DNA from: Janthinobacterium sp.
GTDB taxonomy: Bacteria; Pseudomonadota; Gammaproteobacteria; Burkholderiales; Burkholderiaceae_D
Direction of reading: 5' to 3'
DNA length: 64,000 nt
Assembly: GCF_009923995.1 (NCBI RefSeq)
Contig: NZ_RFSK01000030.1
Coordinates: 1,358 to 65,357 of the forward strand
In this document: positions 60,552-64,000 of the stretch, in pieces
How the letters are laid out: each line of letters starts with the position of its first letter
How positions within the stretch are numbered: the stretch's first letter is position 1
Translations under genes and position numbers: made by a program
The notes under the pieces: model-generated
What the model saw: the letters and a program-made list of their open reading frames with translations, nothing else
Database searches by the model: none
What the model was told of the DNA's origin: nothing

Positions 60552-61721
60552 TTACTGGCCGCTCAAGGCGCGCATTTCCGCATACAGGTTGGCCTTGCCC
60601 TCGAAGCCGATGCCGACCAGGTCCGGCATGGTAATGTGGCCGTTTTCCACGCGCACGCCGTCGGGGAAGCCGCCGAAGGGCTGGAACAGGTCCGGGTAGG
60701 ATTCATTGCCGCCCAGGCCCAGGCCCGCCGCGATATTCAGGGACATCTGGTGGCCGCCGTGCGGGATGCAGCGGCTGCGCGACCAGCCATGCTGGTGCAG
60801 CATGTCCATGGTGCGCAGGTATTCCACCAGGCCGTAGCTGAGGGCGCAGTCGAACTGCAGCCAGTCGCGGTCGGCGCGCATGCCGCCATAGCGGATCAGG
60901 TTGCGCGCATCCTGCATGGAAAACAGGTTCTCGCCCGTCGCCATGGGCTTGTCGTAATAGCTGCGCAGGGTGGCCTGCAGCTCGAAGTCGAGCGGGTCGC
61001 CCGCCTCCTCGTACCAGAACAGGTCGTACTGGCGCAGCGCCTTGGCGTAGGCGATCGACGTATCGAGGTCGAAGCGTCCGTTGGCGTCCACGCACAGCTT
61101 CTGGCCATCCTGCAGCACCTCCATGATGGCGTCGATGCGGCGCAAATCCTCGTCCAGCGAAGCGCCGCCGATCTTCTTCTTGACCACCGTGTAGCCGCGG
61201 TCGACATAGCTGCGCATCTCGTCCTGCAGGGCGGACAGGCTCTGGCCCGGATAATAATAGCCGCCGGCCGCGTACACGAACACCTGCTTGTCGGGCGCGC
61301 CCGTGCCGTGGCGCTCGGCCAGCAGCTGGAACAGTGGCTTGCGCTCGATCTTCGCCACGGCATCCCAGATGGCCATGTCGATGGTGCCGATGGCCACCGA
61401 GCGCTCGCCGTGGCCGCCCGGCTTTTCATTGGTGTACATGCAGTCCCACACCTTGTGCGGGTCGAGGTTGCTGCCGTCGTCCGTGACGAGGCTGGCGGGA
61501 TCGGCATCGAGGATGCGGGGGATGAAACGCTCGCGCATCAGCATGCCCTGGCCGTAGCGGCCATTCGAATTGAAGCCGTAGCCGACGACGGGCTTGCCGT
61601 CGCGCATCACGTCCGTGATGACGGCCACCAGGCTCAGGGTCATCTTCGTGAAATCGATGTAGGCGTTGCGGATGGGGGATGAAATGGGAATGGTCTTTTC
61701 GCGGATTTCAACGATTTTCAT
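60552..61721 (-). CDS. tarD: Enolase-superfamily dehydratase, probably D-tartrate dehydratase
   Basis: PISSPIRNAYIDFTKMT, FNSNGRYGQG, NEKPGGHGERS, VKKK, DANG, WYEE, HGGH closely match the Bradyrhizobium D-tartrate dehydratase as recalled. Confidence 0.8.
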   Translation of the reverse strand: MKIVEIREKTIPISSPIRNAYIDFTKMTLSLVAVITDVMRDGKPVVGYGFNSNGRYGQGMLMRERFIPRILDADPASLVTDDGSNLDPHKVWDCMYTNEKPGGHGERSVAIGTIDMAIWDAVAKIERKPLFQLLAERHGTGAPDKQVFVYAAGGYYYPGQSLSALQDEMRSYVDRGYTVVKKKIGGASLDEDLRRIDAIMEVLQDGQKLCVDANGRFDLDTSIAYAKALRQYDLFWYEEAGDPLDFELQATLRSYYDKPMATGENLFSMQDARNLIRYGGMRADRDWLQFDCALSYGLVEYLRTMDMLHQHGWSRSRCIPHGGHQMSLNIAAGLGLGGNESYPDLFQPFGGFPDGVRVENGHITMPDLVGIGFEGKANLYAEMRALSGQ

Positions 61722-61820
61722 GGGGGTCTCCTGGGGATGAAAACAAGGACATCAGCTTACCCGCGAATGGAAGTCATATAATCGACTGCAATTTAAACCA
61801 TTCTTCACTTCAGGTTAATA

Positions 61821-62741
61821 ATGAAAAGCGACGCCACCACGGAAATGGCTTTCTTTGTGCTGCTGGCCAAGCTGGGCAGCCTGTCGGCCACGGCGCGCGA
61901 GCTGGGCATCACGCCGCCTGCCGTCAGCAAGCGATTGCTACTGATGGAGCAGCGCCTGGGCGTGCGCCTCTTGAACCGCAGCACGCGGCGCATCAGCCTG
62001 ACGGGCGATGGCGAAAGTTATTTGCAACAGGCGCGGCAGATTCTCGACGATATCCGCGCCATGGAAGAGTCGCTGACCAGCGGCAGCGCGGAGCCGCGCG
62101 GCCTGCTGCGCGTGAATGCCACCCTGGGCTTCGGCCGCACGGTGATCGCGCCCCTGCTGTCGCAATTCGCCCTGCGCCACCCGCAGCTGGAAGTGCAGCT
62201 GCAGCTGACGGACAGCCCCATCAACCTCGTCGAGCAGGCCTACGACCTGGGCATCCGCTTCGGCGACCTGCCCGACACGCGGCTGTCGGCGCGCAAGATC
62301 ATGTCGAACCGGCGCTTCCTGTGCGCCTCGCCCGCCTACCTGCAGGCGCACGGCACGCCGCAGTCCCCCGACGAGCTGGCCCGCCACCGCTGCATCGTGC
62401 ACCGGCAGAACGACGACGCCTACGGCATCTGGCGCCTGAGCCGTGGCCGCGCCACGCACACGGTGAAGGTGCGCGGCACGGTGGCCAGCAACGATGGCGA
62501 CGTGGTGCTGGGCTGGGCCCTGGACGGCCACGGCATCCTGCTGCGCTCGGAATGGGACCTGGCCCGCTACCTCGACAGCGGCCGCCTGCGCGTGGTGCTG
62601 GCCGACTACACCCTGGCGCCGGCCGACCTGTACGCCTACTACCCCAGCCGCCACCAACTGCCCGCCAAAGTGCGCGCTTTTATCAATTTTCTCGGCCAGC
62701 GCCTGCAGCCGGACGGGGCCACGGGGAGCGAATCAGGTTAA
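61821..62741 (+). CDS. LysR family regulator (DmlR-like), divergent from tarD
   Basis: GSLSATARELGITPPAVSKRL..ME..LG..LL.R.TR, GFGR, DLGIR. Confidence 0.92.
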   Translation: MKSDATTEMAFFVLLAKLGSLSATARELGITPPAVSKRLLLMEQRLGVRLLNRSTRRISLTGDGESYLQQARQILDDIRAMEESLTSGSAEPRGLLRVNATLGFGRTVIAPLLSQFALRHPQLEVQLQLTDSPINLVEQAYDLGIRFGDLPDTRLSARKIMSNRRFLCASPAYLQAHGTPQSPDELARHRCIVHRQNDDAYGIWRLSRGRATHTVKVRGTVASNDGDVVLGWALDGHGILLRSEWDLARYLDSGRLRVVLADYTLAPADLYAYYPSRHQLPAKVRAFINFLGQRLQPDGATGSESG

Positions 62742-62744
62742 ACT

Positions 62745-62770
62745 ATAATATTGCGATATGGCAATATTAT
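62745..62770. promoter_or_regulatory. Perfect 10-bp-arm AT-rich palindrome upstream of motA
   Basis: ATAATATTGC-GATATG-GCAATATTAT; overlaps TATAAT at 62744-62749 and abuts RBS GAGGGAG. Confidence 0.6.
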
Positions 62771-62783
62771 GAGGGAGTAAGTT

Positions 62784-63647
62784 TTGCTAGTCATACTCGG
62801 ATTTATCGTCGTGCTGTTTTCCGTCTTCGGCGGCTTCGCCATGCAGGGGGGCCATCTGGGCGCCCTGTTCCAGCCGCTGGAGCTGCTGATGATCGGCGGC
62901 GCCGCGCTGGGCACCTTCTTTGTCGGCAACGACGCCAAGGCCATCCGCGCCACGTTCGCCGCCATCCCCACCCTGTTCCACGGCGCGCAATACACGAAGG
63001 CCCGCTACATGGAACTGATGGGGCTGATGTATGAAATCCTCAGCAAGATCCGCAAGGAAGGCCTGATGTCCGTCGAGGACGATATCGACGATCCCTACCG
63101 CAGCCCCATCTTCGTGAAATACCCGTACACGCTCGGCGACGAGCACATCCTGGAGTTCATCACCGATTATCTGCGCCTGATGGTGTCGGGCAATATGGAC
63201 GCCTACCAGATCGAAAACCTGATGGATAACGAAATCGAAACCCACCACGAAGATGCGGAAATGCCGATCCAGACGATTTCGCAGCTGGCCGACGCCATGC
63301 CCGCCTTCGGCATCGTCGCCGCCGTGATGGGCGTGGTGCATACCATGGCGTCCGTGGGCTTGCCGCCCGCCGAGCTGGGCGTGCTGATCGCGCAGGCGCT
63401 GGTGGGCACCTTCATCGGCATCCTGCTGGCCTACGGCTTCATCGCGCCGCTGGCCAGCTTGCTGCGCCGCAAGCACCATGAAACGGCAAAGATGTACCAG
63501 TGCGTGAAAGTCACCCTGCTGGCCAGCCTGAACGGCTACGCGCCGGCGCTGGCCGTGGAATTCGGCCGCAAGGTCATTTCCGCCACGGAACGCCCCTCGT
63601 TCAGCGAACTGGAAAACCACGTGCGCCAGGTGCGCACGAAGAACTAG
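62784..63647 (+). CDS. motA: Flagellar motor stator protein MotA (no motB follows)
   Basis: QPLELLMIGGAALG, IRKEGLMSVE, MPAFGIVAAVMG, ALVGTFIGILLAYG, AVEFGRK, ERPSF.ELE. Confidence 0.93.
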   Translation: MLVILGFIVVLFSVFGGFAMQGGHLGALFQPLELLMIGGAALGTFFVGNDAKAIRATFAAIPTLFHGAQYTKARYMELMGLMYEILSKIRKEGLMSVEDDIDDPYRSPIFVKYPYTLGDEHILEFITDYLRLMVSGNMDAYQIENLMDNEIETHHEDAEMPIQTISQLADAMPAFGIVAAVMGVVHTMASVGLPPAELGVLIAQALVGTFIGILLAYGFIAPLASLLRRKHHETAKMYQCVKVTLLASLNGYAPALAVEFGRKVISATERPSFSELENHVRQVRTKN

Positions 63648-63811
63648 GCGCGCCGGTTGCCCCTTTCCCCCACCAAGGAAGCGGATGGCCACCTGTGGAA
63701 CCTGGTCTGGACGGCGCCTGAAGCCTGAGGCGTCGGCCGACGGCGAGCGTCCAGGCTGGCGCGGCGCAGGGATGATTTCCATGACGGCGCGCCAGCCTTG
63801 CTCCCCGCCCT

Positions 63812-64000
63812 TTACTGGCCCGGCGCCGCTTCCTCGGGGCAGCTGACCTCTTCCTCCTGCGTGTACAGGGTCATCGGCACGCGCTGGCCATCGACTTCCA
63901 GTTCGCGCACCTTGGGCGGCACCAGCTGGAATTCGCCCGCCTGCAGCTTTTCACGCAGGGGCTTGCAGCGCAGGGCGTCCGTGGGGATTTGCCCCCGCGC
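63812..64000 (-). CDS. C-terminal end of an unidentified CDS entering from beyond the window
   Basis: Open frame ARGQIPTDALRCKPLREKLQAGEFQLVPPKVRELEVDGQRVPMTLYTQEEEVSCPEEAAPGQ* with coding-like GC3. Confidence 0.55.
   Translation of the reverse strand, partial: ARGQIPTDALRCKPLREKLQAGEFQLVPPKVRELEVDGQRVPMTLYTQEEEVSCPEEAAPGQ

Noticed and set aside
63686-63847. 53-codon ORF (MATCGTWSGRR...) downstream of motA considered as a motB remnant
   Set aside because: No TM with the conserved Asp motif (W...YAD) and no OmpA-like domain; it overlaps the convergent CDS.

Overview
A 64-kb, high-GC chromosomal window from a betaproteobacterium. Gene content and intergenic repeats point to Oxalobacteraceae, probably Janthinobacterium (inference). 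The first ~21 kb is conserved housekeeping DNA, mostly on the minus strand: ygfX-like/rpoE/rseA/degP/glutaredoxin/lepA/lepB/rnc/era/recO/pdxJ/acpS/uvrC, then yceD/rpmF/plsX/fabH/fabD/fabG/acpP/fabF, maf, a methyltransferase and rlmJ. The rest is a mosaic of accessory genes: an IorB-like molybdoenzyme subunit, a PAS-GGDEF-EAL protein, DUF genes, mltD, fabI, a HicA/HicB-like gene pair, two DEAD-box helicases, a PEP-CTERM protein, a ThiF plus nitroreductase pair, an MCP, an M16 protease, FMN riboswitch-ribB, MFS/LysR, MlaE/MlaD/lipoprotein, a six-gene cytoplasmic signalling cluster, a 7-TM PQ-loop-like protein, D-tartrate dehydratase/LysR and a lone motA. I found no tRNA, rRNA, CRISPR array, transposase or integrase. 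The most notable items are: (1) a Cys-rich HicA-like plus HicB-like/AlpA-HTH pair whose promoter sits in a 46-bp palindrome; (2) three intergenic elements of exactly 64 bp with conserved ends and a sequence-variable but structure-conserved inner hairpin; (3) a second family of ~100-bp repeats with compensatory base changes; (4) a split ThiF/nitroreductase (oxazolone synthetase-like) pair with no adjacent acyltransferase, next to a PEP-CTERM gene; (5) a signalling cluster with a degenerate HD-GYP domain; (6) several orphan subunits (motA, iorB, truncated rseA without rseB, mlaED without an ATPase). All protein assignments come from motif recognition by eye, not database searches.
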